A stretch of 64,000 nucleotides of DNA from Octopus sinensis (Eukaryota): contig NC_043001.1 in assembly GCF_006345805.1 (NCBI RefSeq), positions 131,130,001 to 131,194,000 on the forward strand. The letters are read 5' to 3'. Made by a program: the position numbers and the translations under genes. How positions within the stretch are numbered: position 1 is the first letter of the stretch; the number at the start of each line of letters is the position of its first letter. Positions 41,125 through 54,088 of this stretch are shown piece by piece. Below the pieces are notes generated by a model. That model searched no databases. It worked only from the letters and a program-made list of their open reading frames with translations, and was not told where the DNA came from.

Positions 41125-41962
41125 CAGAGGTGACACCAGGTCATCAGCATCACTTGGGCTCCCCACAGATTTCATCACTCGGGTTCATCACAGATTTGGT
41201 CACTCAGGCTTGTCACAGATTTTGCATAAGACACATGACTGCTCAAAGTATTTCATGTTTTTCTACAGTATTTCTAACCCCAAAACGGCTTATTTTTTAT
41301 ATCTAGTAGTATGTCTTTCTCCGTTTATAAGTTAAGGGTAAAAATAAAGTAACCCTGCAAAACACAACTGATCTTTACACACAGACGCTCAGAAAAACAG
41401 CAATCAAATAACGACAGCGGAGTGAACAACAAACATCAGTAATCCGACTGTTGCCTGTGCTCTTGACAAGAGATGCCAGTTAGTCTTTTACACCTACTAG
41501 GCTCATTCATATTAGTCCAAGTTGCTGGATAATTTTTCATTCCTTTAAGAATATTGTAGAACAGAAACTTTTCATAGACTGGAATTTAAGTCCTAATCTC
41601 TATAGAAATTTATTGTTTCAAGAAAACATTGAATTTGAATTCCTTTTAATTTTTACGATTATAGATAACAACTCGGGCCGTAACTTCTGAGCCTGAGTGA
41701 GGCATATGTGGACGATGTTGAGAGAACATCCGCTAAGAATGATATTTTTTAACGAAGAGCAACTCTAAGATGACCGTCAGATGCAGAACGAAAATAAATG
41801 AAATGTGACCAGGCTCAATAAAAGGAGCCCAAGTTATTGGCTCCAATTACATACTTGAAGTCAGTGTTGGCAGAAATTAAATCAGCTTGAAAATACACCT
41901 TCACTTTAACAAATTTATACCCAGGCTATGCCTGAACAACTCGAGTACAGGAGTCACCACTG
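41125..41962. mobile_element. Putative non-autonomous hAT-like element
   Basis: Imperfect TIRs CAGAGGTGACACC / reverse complement CAGTGGTGACTCC (11/13); 25-bp subterminal repeats (cacagattt at 41164, 41189, 41214); TSD unclear in (TA)n. Confidence 0.4.
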
Positions 41963-42042
41963 GCATATATATATATATATACACACATACACACAAATGT
42001 GCACAGATACACATACACACACACATATATATATACATATAG

Positions 42043-42196
42043 CAGAAGGTATGGCAGTTTGTTAAAAACCTTGCTGCCTCACCACATGGTTCCAGGTTCA
42101 GTCCCACTGCATGGCAACTTGAGTGTCTTCTACTATAGCCTTGGGCAGACCAAAGCCTTGTGAGTGGATTTGGTAGATGGAAGCTGAAAGAGGACT

Positions 42197-42200
<4 letters not shown>
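42043..42200 (+). mobile_element. SINE family A head
   Basis: ccacatggttccaggttcagtcccactgcatggc..gccttgtgagtggatttggtagatggaagctgaaag. Confidence 0.85.
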
Positions 42201-42238
<38 letters not shown>

Positions 42239-43082
42239 TATATATACATATATATATACATACACACACAACATTCAAATACACATATATATGCACATAT
42301 ATATATTTCTATACACACATACATATGAACATGTGTAAACACATATATACATATACATACACACACATATATAAATTTGCATGTACCACGTCCTCACATT
42401 TTTTTTCCTTCTTGTGATTTTCTTTGTTTTTTTTTGGGGGGGGTTTAACTACATACACACACACACATATACTTGTACACATATACATACATATACAAAC
42501 ACACACACAAACACACATATACATACACATGAACACATACATACATATACACAAACACATATACATAAAAGTATAAAAACACACACACATATATGCATAT
42601 GTATAAACAGAAACATTCACAGTTCCCAAGATGTCTCGGTGTTAAATGAAATACTACATCTCTAATATTATTCAACTGCGTAGGATTTAAATATTACAAC
42701 AGAATATGCAAATTACATAAAGTCAAAAACTGCATGTCATTATCTCAAATAATGAGAGATTCCACTAAGGGAGAGTTTGCCTTCTTGCTTAAAAAATCAA
42801 TATTTCACCCTCGATAAAAATAAATGCTTTTTATTGATCATCATTAAAGTACTGTAATAGTAGCAGACGAAAAAGGAAAAAAATTCTTCAGTTTTTGTAA
42901 ATACGCAATAACTTCAAGCAAAAGTGAAATCATGAATTCTAGCTTTATTTTTTTGAGTTCCTACACAACCAATGTATTTATCTACAAGTCAACACAAGAC
43001 CCTCAACATTGTTAATCAATATGCTCAAAATAGCAGCTAAATTCCCAAAAATCATATTATGCCATTTATTCATTTTTAGATT

Positions 43083-43310
43083 TTAACCCTTTCGTTACTG
43101 TATTTATTTTGAGATGCTCTGTGTTTCTTTCAATTACTTTAAATTTAACAAAGAATTTAGTAAAATAACTTAGTTATCATTAAGCTAGTGTTAGGAACAT
43201 AAATTGTGACTAAGGTTTGGTGGAGGATTTTAATTCAAAACTTATGAAAACAAGACATTTGTACTCAGAGCCAGAGTTGGTTTCAGCCGGGTTGGTATCG
43301 AAAGGGTTAA
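43083..43310. mobile_element. piggyBac-type MITE (same family as 26391-26620)
   Basis: TTAA-CCCTTTCG...CGAAAGGG-TTAA; the interior aligns with the 26391 copy. Confidence 0.9.
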
Positions 43311-43440
43311 AAGAACTCATATCAGCTATTGATAACTAATATTTGATCATATTATACACTGGATCAGGATAGATATGGAGATGAAATATCAACAACATAT
43401 ATCGAGATACATGACTGAAGAATTATATTAAAGACATTCT

Positions 43441-43663
43441 CTTTTACTCTTTTTACTCTTTTACTTGTTTCAGTCATTTGACTGCGGCCATGCTGGAGCA
43501 CTCCCTTTAATCGAGCAACTCGACCCCGGGACTTATTCTATTGTAAGCCCAGTACTTATTCTATCGGTCTCTTTTGCCGAACCGCTAAGTGACGGGGACG
43601 TAAACACACCAGCATCGGTTGTCAAGCAATGCTAGGGGGACAAACACAGACACACAAACACAA

Positions 43664-43704
<41 letters not shown>

Positions 43705-43869
43705 TACGACAGGCTTCTTTCAGTTTCCGTCTACCAAATCCACTGACAAGGCATTGGTCAGCCCGGGGCTATAACAGAAGACACTTGCCCAAGGTGCCAC
43801 GCAGTGGGACTGAACCCGGAACCATGTGGTTGGTAAGCAAGCTACTTACCACACAGCCACTCCTGCGCC
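43441..43869 (-). mobile_element. SINE family A, full length, young-looking
   Basis: Complete head (reverse complement ggcgcaggagtggctgtgtggtaag), B-box, CORE-like segment, microsatellite, and (AGTAAAAG)n tail. Confidence 0.95.
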
Positions 43870-43899
43870 TATAGGGAAAATATTTAGGAATAATATTCT

Positions 43900-44106
43900 T
43901 TAACCCTTTACTCTGCCAAATGTAATGCTTATTAATTAATATTTTTTTTTAACTAATCATGGATTATCGGATATTTCGAAAATGTATTGTTTATTTTTAG
44001 AAGCACATTGCAGAGTAGGTGCGAGAGGCTGGATTTTCCCAGTTTGAACACAAACCAGGTAGAAAATTTGGGCCAGATATGGCCATTTTGAATGCTAAAG
44101 GGCTAA
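43900..44106. mobile_element. piggyBac-type MITE, second family
   Basis: TTAA-CCCTTTA...TAAAGGG-CTAA termini; interior unrelated to the 26391/43083 family. Confidence 0.7.
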
Positions 44107-44284
44107 ACTATAATAAAGATAATTATGATGATAAAGGTAATCAATTATTATGATTATATAAATAACAAAAATTACGGTTATCTGAAATCGGAGATTATCA
44201 GATAAAATAGTATGTTAAGAGTTCCATTTCCCCCAAAGCTGATGTTACCTATTATCAACTCATTAGTGGCATGTAAAAAGCACC

Positions 44285-44619
44285 CAGAACAGCCTGCTCG
44301 TGAAATTAACGTGTAAGTGGCTGAGCACTCCACAGACACGTGTACCCTTAACGTAGTTCTCGGGGATATTCAGCGTGACACAGAGAGTGACAAGGCCGGC
44401 CCTTTGAAATACAGGTACAACAGAAACAGGAAGTAAGAGTGAGAGAAAGTTGTGGTGAAAGAGTACAGCAGGGATCACCACCATCCCCTACCGGAGCCTC
44501 GTGGAGCTTTTTAGGTGTTTTCGCTCAATAAACACTCACAACGCCCGGTCTGGGAATCGAAACCGCGATCCTACGACTGCGAGTCTGCTGCCCTAACCAC
44601 TGGGCCATTGCGCCTCCAC
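44285..44619 (-). mobile_element. tRNA-derived SINE, family C
   Basis: Reverse-complement head gtggaggcgcaatggcccagtggttagggcagcagactcg..ggtttcgattcccagaccggg with A-box TGGCCCAGTGG and B-box-like GGTTTCGATTCC; CpG-rich. Confidence 0.85.
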
Positions 44620-44828
44620 ATCCAGTTGTAGAAACTATGCCAAAGACAAAACCATGCACTAAATGGGCCAAAAATTTCACAGGCTGACTATGAAGGAATG
44701 ATGCATGAGCTGTGAAATCTGGCATACATTAGTTCCAACATTTCTTATTAATGGTTTCTTTCTAGGTAAATGACATATGACTCTGCAGAGAAGACTTCAA
44801 AAGTAACTAGTAGCAACTTCTCTTGAAA

Positions 44829-45535
44829 ATGGACAAGACTTGGTGTTATGCTGTTGTCAGGTACCTGCAGAAGAAGGGATTACCCCCCCCCCCAGGACAT
44901 TCATTTTGATATGGTTGCTACATTAGGGGATGACACTCCAACTTTATCAGCAGTGCAAAAGCAGGCAGAAAAATTTAGTGGGGGGGATAGAGGGTCTTGA
45001 AGATGACCCAGGGTCTGGATGTCCTGCAACTGCCACTACTGAGGAAAACATTTATTGCATCCACCTCACGGTGATGAATGATAGCTTGTTGACTACAAAT
45101 CAAATAGCCAATGCTATTAGCATATTCCATGAAAGAGTTGAGAATATTTAGCACAATGAACTTGGAATGATGACGGTTTCTGTTCGTTGGGTGCCACAGC
45201 TTCTGGTACCCACTTCTAATTAAAAGTGCACCAGGCTCATCATATCACAGGAAAATCAGACATGGTTTCAGGCTGATCCACCTGATTTCCTTGAACATTT
45301 CCTAACCCAGGATGAGTATTGGCTCCTTCTCTTTGAGCCCTTGATAAAGAGACAATCCATACAGTGGAAACACCCTTCCTCACCTGATTCAAAGAAGGCC
45401 AGGGAGGGTGAGGGTTTCAGTTTTCTGGGGTACAAATGATATTGTATTTATTGATTGTCTTCAAAACGCCATCAAAGGTGAGTAGCATGCCAAATTGTCA
45501 AAACAGTTATGAAAGGCTATCAAGATCAACAATCT
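44829..45535 (+). mobile_element. Mariner transposase pseudogene (N-terminal ~two-thirds)
   Basis: MDKTWCYAVVRYLQKKGL..DIHFDMVATLGDD..LEDDPGSGCPATATTEENI..SVRWVPQLL..FLTQDEYW..KRQSIQWKHPSSP..SVFWG, with stops and frameshifts. Confidence 0.9.
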
Positions 45536-45764
45536 ATATCATCAATGTTTTATATCCCTCCAATGTTATTATCAATAACCAAACACCATACATCACAACA
45601 TATATGTATCAATACACAGAGGCTGGCAGAAGCATGTCTCCAAAATTAAGAGTAATAGTAAGCTTTTCAACTTATAGCAAATAGTTTTAAAAAATCAACA
45701 ACGCATATTCAGTGTCCTTTTCTTTCCTTCATTTTTGTGCAGCTCTATATGTTACAACATATAA

Positions 45765-45822
<58 letters not shown>

Positions 45823-45973
45823 TATATATATGAGTAATTGAATGAATTATCTTATTAAGGATAATTCGAAAGATAACCGATACCTGGGTAGCAAATTCAC
45901 ATCAGAAAGAACACGGTTGAAGCTACGTCCCTAGGGCATAGACTACGTGTTCAACTCCATTCTTTCATATACT

Positions 45974-46007
<34 letters not shown>

Positions 46008-46379
46008 TATAAGTAGGCATCTGTTTGTACCTGTGTGTGCATTGAAGCAGTCCTTGAATAATATCTGAGCATATTTTGTAAGTTATAGTTTATGTGTGAT
46101 TATTCACTGATTTTAATTATCAGTTGCTGAAACAATTGTAACAAATATGAAATAAATGAAATACCAACATCATACTTCCTCATAGTCTCACATACTGAAC
46201 ATGGTCTTTATACTACATAATAGTCCTACACTGCTTCCATGTTCCACCACTAGACCATGTAGCAGAGGGTGTTTAACATGGATACTATCAGGAGCAACTA
46301 CCAATTGTAATTTGTCATGCACCAAGCACATCCATTTCCACTTTACATATATATATATATCATGTTGATTCACTAGCCT

Positions 46380-46564
46380 CTGCACGCATTTTTTTCTCTC
46401 CTTGTTTCTTTCTGTGTTTCTTTTCTGTGTATCTTTCTGTTGAAGAGCGTAGGCTCGAAACGTAAAAGACTTGTTTTATTTATATCCTGAGTGCCATACT
46501 AACACAATTGTTTGTTTGTATTCCACCTGCCTTCGTCTTTTGTTTATTTTCATAAAGCTTCCCG

Positions 46565-46565
<1 letters not shown>
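46380..46565. mobile_element. Penelope-like element terminal remnant (similar short pieces near 36655-36720 and 45830-45965)
   Basis: ctgttgaagagcgtaggctcgaaacgtaaaagac resembles the recalled tgaagaa..ctcgaaacg motif at Penelope ends; abuts (TA)n. Confidence 0.35.
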
Positions 46566-46618
<53 letters not shown>

Positions 46619-48456
46619 TGTGTGTGTGTGGTGTGTGTGTCTGATATATGTAAATATTCTGTTGCAATCCATTATATCAAAAGATAACTTAGCCATCTGA
46701 CGAATAGGGATTGATAAAATAAATATCAATAACAAATGAAATAAGTATGGAATCAGTGTAATTAACTAAAAAAAACCCTTGTAGTTGGTGCTCTAGCTTG
46801 ACTGCAGAGAAGTGACTGAAAACAGTGACAGAATAAGAAAACATAGCACAGCTATACTAAATATCTTAGCCTCCATCATCCACATCTTTCATATAAACTA
46901 AGAATTGAGTGCACTATCAATTAGTTGGCTACTTTTGCAATGTATACATTATGTACACGTGACTGTAAGGAAAAGGAGAAAGACTAAATAAAGAGAGAGG
47001 TTTGCATGTACTTGTGAACATAACCAGAATTGTAGTCAAATTATCATGTATTTATTTATAACTATGTGAAAAAGAAGCCAAATAAATCACAAATTTAAGC
47101 AAATATTCAAAATATCATTTCTGTGGGAAAAAAACCATTTTTTTTTTTTTGTAGAACTGCATACATTTTTTTGACTATTGAGTTGAATTAGTTCTACATT
47201 TTTTTCCACAGAACACAAATTGTAAGCATCTTTGAAGTTTTAAATTCTATGTTATTTTATTAATGTTGTAGTTACTTTAAAAAAAGTAAGTAGTTAGTAT
47301 GAGTAACCTCACCTCACATTAAAATAAACAAATAAATGAGGAAATTGTTTTTTTTAGTTTAAATTCTTTACAACATATGTATGTATATGTGCATGAGTCA
47401 ATTCAAGCATATAATCTCATTTTATATATATATATATATATATATATGCGTGTAGTTATGTGTATATATTGTATGAGTGTGTGTTCATGCATATACAGAC
47501 AGACAAATACATAGATGTAAGTGAAAACATTTATCACCATAAATGTATATAAATACAAAGAAAGAACTTATTTATATAGACAGCACAAAGAGAAAAGTGA
47601 GCATCAATAACACCCATACTATACAGGGGAGTATGAAATGAGAACTGAATTCACTGATCCTTAGTTCAAATCATTGATAATCAATCGAGCATAGAATCAC
47701 AAAGGAAGAGAGGAATTAGCTATCTGAGCAAAGAAATATTACAGGCTGGCAAATAGTATGGGAGGAAGGGAGCCTAATGGGGCTTCCTAAAAAAAAAAAA
47801 ATAGGGGAAAGAGACAAAACAGCAAGATAAAGGGCATGTTGTGCAGGTTGCACAAAGAGGAGGTGGTTCACGAATGGAATGCTCTTCCAAGCAACAGTCA
47901 TAGAAATAGCAATGAAATAGCAATGGAACAAGTATTAAAAGAGGCCATGTAATGATTTAAATGAGATTGTGGTGAATCAATCAGGAGAAAAACCTCCAAT
48001 AAGGTGTAGAGCATTTTGTCAGCTTGCTTCAGAAAAGGCAGGGCCAATAGCCTATAAACAAATGGCAGAGGACTTAGGGATATCACTAAAATATTTAATA
48101 TCTAGCATAGAAAACAGCTACATTTTATCCACATATTTCTATCACATCCCAAAGAATTTGACATTATGTTTTTTTGGCTTTTTTTTTTTTTTTTTTACTC
48201 TTTAATGTCCACTCTCTAAAAATTCTCAATACACATTGGAATTTCTAGCTTGGATTAAAACTAAATGGGTTTCTATGACACTGAATTAATTTGAAACAAA
48301 AATAAACAAATTAATAAATACACACAATTATTTATGAAAAATCTCTTCAAATAGAATGTCTTTCTGTAAAAAAAGTAAAGCATTTAAGATCACACACATT
48401 AATAAACCTGTTACTATTTGTTCTCCATTTTTTATTTTGAAAGTGGATTATTATAT

Positions 48457-50300
48457 GGCGCAGGAGTGGCTGTGTGGTAAGTAGCTTGCTAACCAACCAC
48501 ATGGTTCCGGGTTCAGTCCCACTGCATGGCATCTTGGGCAAGTGTCTTCTGCTATAGCCCCGGGCCGACCAATGCCTTGTGAGTGGATTTGGTAGACGGA
48601 AACTGAAAGAAGCCTGTCGTATATATGTATAGCTGACTTCCTGGAGACCCACAAACTCCTAAATTCAAATCAACATGGCTTTCGCTGTGGCAGGGACTGT
48701 CTAACACAGCTCTTACACCACATTGAAGATGTACTCAAAGCCTTGGGAACAGGTTCGAACTCTGACGTCATATACCTTGACTTCAGTAAAGCGTTCGACA
48801 GGGTAGACCATAACATCCTACTCTCAAAATTGGCAAATGTTGGAATCCGTGGAAAAGTTCTACACTGGATTCAGTATTTCCTAGCGAATAGAACACAACA
48901 TGTTGTAGTTGATGGAGTCCACTCAAACCCAGCAAAAGTCACCAGCGGTGTTCCCCAGGGAACTGTTTTAGGTCCGCTACTCTTCATAATTTATGTAAAC
49001 GACCTTTCCAGTGTCGTACATCACTGCAAAGTGAAAATATTCGCTGATGACACTAAGCTCAGCAAATCGTCAATGAAGAAGCAGACCGACTCAACTCCAG
49101 TCTGACCTATATGCTGTGAGTCAATGGGCAGACAGAAACAAAATGCAACTGAACGAGGGAAAATTTGAGCTGATGCATTTTGGAAGAAATTCCTCACTAA
49201 AACAACCATACTCTCTTCCTTCAGGGGAACCGCTCACAGCCTCTAACAATATCAGAGACCTGGGTGTAATTGTTGATGACGATCTCAGTTGGAGTGCACA
49301 CATCAACAAGAAGGTCGATACAGCTCGTAGGATGAGTTCCTGGATCTTAAGAACTTTCCGGTCCAGAGAACAAGGTGTCATCATACACTTTTTTTCATCC
49401 TTTGTACGGCCACACCTTGAATACTGCTGCCCACTGTGGTCTCCTCACACAAGACAAAACATCTCCAGAATTGAGTCACCCCAGAGGGCTCTCACTAAAC
49501 AAATTGAAGGCATGGCTGCTCTCGACTATTGGGATCGCCTAAAGCCTTGAAGCTTTACTCCCTCCAGCGTCGCCGTGAGCGGTACATCATTTGTACGATG
49601 TGGAAAATATACCGCCAACTTTGCCCAAACGACCTAAACATTAGCTTCAAGGTTCATCCGAGACTTGGACCACGGGCTATACGTCCCCTGCCAAATTCAA
49701 GATCACAACATACATGTACACTGCAACATAATTTCTTTTCCTCAACAGGCCCTGCCCTATTTAACATTGTCCCGAGGAGATCAAAGAGGAAAAGGATCCC
49801 ATCAACTTCAAACAGAGTCTGGATAGATTCCTTCAAAGAATACCAGACAAGCCACCATAATTGGATACAACTCACCCAACAAGAACTCACTACTTGAACA
49901 AAACTGGTACAACTCACCCAACAAGAACTCACTACTTGAACAAAACTTGACTTAAACAGGATTCGAATAATCCTATCAGGTGGTGCTATTAAGTTAGACA
50001 TGGCCTGGACCAATCTCTGGTCGAAACATATCTAAGTTTATCTAAGTTTATATATATATGTATATGTATGTATGTGTATGTGTTTGTGTGTCTGTGTTTG
50101 TACCCCTAGCATTGCTTGACAACTGATGCTGGTGTGTTTACGTCCACGTCACTTAGTGGTTCGGCAAAAGAGACCGATAGAATAAGTACTGGGCTTACAA
50201 AGAATAAGTCCCGGGGTCGATTTGCTCGACTAAAGGCGGTGCTCCAGCATGGCCGCAGTCAAATGACTGAAACATGTATAAAAAAGTAAAAGTAAAAGTA
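48457..50300 (+). mobile_element. SINE family A split by a CR1 insertion (5' half 48457-48630, 3' half 50051-50300)
   Basis: The head ends gaaagaagcctgtcgtatatatgtat; the microsatellite and tail resume directly after the CR1 tail. Confidence 0.9.
48631..50050 (+). mobile_element. 5'-truncated CR1-clade LINE, RT to 3' end, young-looking
   Basis: NQHGFRCGRDCLTQL, VIYLDFSKAFDRVDH, SGVPQGTVLGPLLFIIYVND, IFADDTK, RDLGVIVD, VRPHLEYCCPLWSP, LYSLQRRRERY; tail (TCTAAGTTTA)x2; frames broken only by single-base deletions. Confidence 0.95.
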
Positions 50301-51034
50301 TTATTTTCGTGTGTGTGTGTGTGTAATTGGTACCTTTACTAGCAATACTATTTTGTACCTAGAAAATATAAAGACCAATACAGTCAAAATTTTAAATGAT
50401 GGAACAAAAACAGCAAAGAATAAAAGAACTGAAATTCAAAGAAGCGATGATAGAATCCCCACCACCACCACCACTAACACCACCACACTCTCTCTCTTTT
50501 CTGTTACAGAAATGAAATTTCACTTTACCAGCATGTTTTCATGCCTATTTCTAAGCCAATCAAGAGTGCTTTTAAAAGAAACACATTATGAAATTAAACA
50601 ATAAGTTAAGAACTCTAATTAAAGCAATCAGTAACAATGGTTGAATATTAGAAACAGAAAGAAAATATCTAGCCTTACAATATATATAAATAAGATATTT
50701 GCTGCTGTTCATACAGAGATGAAAGAAAAATGTATGTTTTTTAAATGAATTAATTCATTTAATTCATAATAAAAGATTAAAAAGGTAAAAACAGAATTTG
50801 TAACACTTCTTAGATTTGAAGCAATAAGGAAGTAAAAGAGATTTAGGCCATGCATATGTGAGCTTGAGGCGCAGAAGCTGAATGGGTAAGACATAAAATT
50901 ACTTGCTCATGTGCATTGATTTCCTTGGTGTTGGTGCTTCAATGTGATACTGGGAAGAATACAGATATATTCTATTATGCCACAATTCACCTAGTTAAAA
51001 GCAGGCACGAGATTTTGGAGATACATTGGAATCT

Positions 51035-51395
51035 GGGTTCAGTCTCACTTGAGTAAATGTCTTCTGCTATAGCCTTGTGAGTGGATTTGGTAAATGGAAA
51101 CTGAAAGAAGCTCATCGTGTGTGTGTGTGTGTGTGTGTGCATGTGCACATGTGTGTATGTATGTATGTATGTATGTATGTATGTATGTATGTATGTATGT
51201 ATGTATGTATTTGTGTCTGTTTATCCACCACCCTCACTGCCTGACAGCCAGTGTTAGTGTGTTTACATCCCCGTAACTTAGTGATTTGGCTTTTAAAAAA
51301 TTCGGTAATGGGGTCAATTTGCATGACTAAAATTCTTCAAAGTGGTCCCCCAGTATGGCCACAGTCTAATGACTGAAACAAGTAAAAGATAAAAG
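51035..51395 (+). mobile_element. SINE family A, degraded
   Basis: Partial head, (TG)n(TATG)n core, tail cagtatggccacagtctaatgactgaaacaagtaaaagataaaag. Confidence 0.8.
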
Positions 51396-51644
51396 ATATA
51401 TGTTTACACACACACACACAAAATATGGAATTACAGAACCATTTCAACTAAGATTACCAATTAGTGTTTGGGAAAAACTAAATTCCAGCCTACGCTAGAA
51501 GGGTTGGTAGCAAAAGGAGAGCCATATTCTCTTATCAGCCCTTCTAACAAGCACTGGATAGGATTTTTCTGAACCTCCTTTGAGTAAAACTGATTGGTAA
51601 AATCAGCTGAAATCTATAACAATGTATTGTATAAATATTGATAT

Positions 51645-52023
51645 CTCTTTACTCTTTTACTTGTTTCGGTCATTTGACTGCGGCCATGCTGGAGCACCGC
51701 CTTTAGTCGAGCAAATCGACCCCGGGACTTATTCTTTGTAAGCCCAGCACTTATTCTATCGGTCTCTTTTGCCGAACCGCTAAGTTACGGGAACGTAAAC
51801 ACACCACCATCGGTTGTCAAGCAATGCTAGGGGGACAAACACAGACTTGCAAACACACACATACATATATACGACAGGCTTCTTTCAGTTTCCGTCTACC
51901 AAATCCACTCACAAGGCATTGGTCGGCCCGGGGCTATAGCAGAAGACACTTGCCCAAGATGCCACGCAGTGGGAATGAACCCGGAACCATGTGGTTGGTT
52001 AGCAAGCTACTTACCACACAGCC
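51645..52023 (-). mobile_element. SINE family A, near full length, young-looking
   Basis: Near-identical to 43441-43869 with a shorter microsatellite. Confidence 0.95.
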
Positions 52024-52339
52024 AATTAATATATCTATTAATTTTACAAATATACTAGTGCTTGTTTTCTCTCACACATGGACTCTTATACAGAAGATTG
52101 GCAGATAGATAGGTAGACAATCATACAGTCTCAGGTCTCCTCTGTGTGCATATGCATACATACTTTTTAGGTGTATTTTTACAGCTGGTGATTAAATAAG
52201 TGGGTATCACCCAGCCATGGAAATGGTCAATGATTCCTATTGCAACACTAGAACTGTTATGTGCCCCTAGAAAAAGCACTTAGTTAGTTAATTTGGCTCA
52301 AAAGCAAATAGCAAGGCCATGTAGGGGGACATGGAGTTA

Positions 52340-52545
52340 AGTACAGGGTGGTGTTCATGTAAAGAGTTCAGGCCACTTGAGGTCAAGGGAGGCTTTGAAC
52401 AAAGCGGTCGTGGGCATCTTCACCATCTCGTCTGGCAGCTTGTTCCATGGATCCGCAACCCGGATGGAGAAAGCTCCTCTCCTTTGATTGAGATGAAATC
52501 GTCGCAGGTAGAGCTTTTCGGAATGACCCCGCACATTCAAATGAT
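52340..52545 (-). mobile_element. CR1-type LINE extreme 3' fragment
   Basis: VRGHSEKLYLRRFHLNQRRGAFSIRVADPWNKLPDEMVKMPTTALFKASLD, the RGH..KL..R..FS.RV...WN.LP..V....FK..LD motif. Confidence 0.85.
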
Positions 52546-53247
52546 TCAGTTTACTCTACAATAAAGCCTTTAGTTATGAAGTCTTGTCTGTTCCCTTGCA
52601 GTACTAAGTAAGGCTGCTCATACGTCTGAATCCAAGAACAGAAAAATCATTGCAGAGATCATCATTACTATAAAAATATGCAATCCTCAGTAATGTTCCA
52701 CAGTTGTGAGGATCAGAGTTTATCTATTTTAATGTCCCAAAATTGTGAACTGTAAAGCTTTAAACTATAGGACTGCTTTGAACCTTGTATGATTAGATAT
52801 CAAATTTGAGACTCTACAATAGGGATACATGCATGAAAGTTTTAAAGGCGACGAAATTAAATAAACATAACAAAACAAATTGAAGTTATTTTCATTGTTA
52901 TTCAGTAATCAGTTTTCTGTAGTACATGAAACAAAGCTTAACCTAGTAACAATAACATGTTGACAATAATTTATAAACAACTTGTGAAAATATAGTAAAT
53001 CAATTGTTTTATACTTGTGCTAATGACTAAGGATGTTATCTAATGGTTTGCTAGTGCTGTTTCCATTCCAACAATGTTCACAGCAAAAGCCTAATAAATG
53101 ATAAAAGAGAATAAAATTATTTTCAATCAAAATACTTCACTTTCAGATGGAAATATATCTAATAAGGCCACAGGTAATTCCATTATCTGTATGTTTTAGT
53201 TACTTTATTTAACATAATGTCAATAAACAGAATTATTCAATAATTAG

Positions 53248-53379
53248 AAACTAAAAGTAAGTTCTCTGTAAGAATTTCAGTTGAAAAGACAAAAAGAGAA
53301 CTTGAAAAAGGAAGTGAAGATGATGACCCACTCCAAAGAATATCCATAAAATTACATGTTGAACAAAACAACAAGAAAA
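53248..53379 (+). CDS. Candidate internal coding exon, unidentified (TKSKFSVRISVEKTKRELEKGSEDDDPLQRISIKLHVEQNNKK)
   Basis: AG..GTGAGA boundaries, 132 nt symmetric phase 1, open charged frame; weak acceptor and no recognised homology. Confidence 0.25.
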
Positions 53380-53569
53380 GTGAGATCACAAATGTAAATA
53401 TGTATATAGATTGTATATTGTCCTTCTCTAAATAAAGACACAAGGTGTGTATGTATGTTCAAATATGCAACCAAAAATAAATGTACACATGATATACATT
53501 GCCTTGAATATGTATATTGAGTACTTAAATGTTTTTACAAGTAAAAATCATAAAACATCTATCCTGTGC

Positions 53570-54002
53570 ATGCGTACATGATTCTGCGTGCATATACACA
53601 TATACACACCCCCAACACACACACATTTGCATTACACGTAAGATATATATACATACATATATATACATATATATATACATACATATATATACATATATAT
53701 ATACATACATATATATATATATACATATATATATACATGCATACACACACATATATATATATATACATGCATACACATATATATATACATACATATAAAT
53801 ATACATACATATATATATACATACATATATACATGCATACATATACATACATGCATACACATATATATACATATATATATATATACATACATACATACAT
53901 ACATACATACATACACACACATACATACATATTGCAAACATGTAATATATATATATATGAATATGTGTAAATAACACACATGTACATACATACACAAATC
54001 TA

Positions 54003-54083
<81 letters not shown>

Positions 54084-54088
54084 GGGAG
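53570..54088. repeat. Compound microsatellite ending (TA)n(GA)n(G)n
   Basis: Directly visible; last large microsatellite in the window. Confidence 0.95.

Noticed and set aside
43629-43874. Recurrent ORF RQASFSFRLPNPLTRHWSARGY..GTEPGTMWLVSKLL (also at 11556, 32244, 48347, 51824)
   Set aside because: Translation of the SINE family A head in its antisense direction, not a protein family.
44540-44619. tRNA-like sequence as a tRNA gene
   Set aside because: It continues directly into a SINE body, and I could not build a clean acceptor stem; it is a SINE head.
50355-50430. Possible exon on either strand (ENIKTNTVKILNDG.. or LLFFAVFVPSFKILTVLVFIF)
   Set aside because: The A-rich/T-rich composition alone yields such peptides, and I found no partner exon or homology.
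54073-54087. Poly-G run as a functional G-quadruplex
   Set aside because: It is the end of a (TA)(GA)(G) microsatellite; homopolymer length is unreliable and no functional context is visible.
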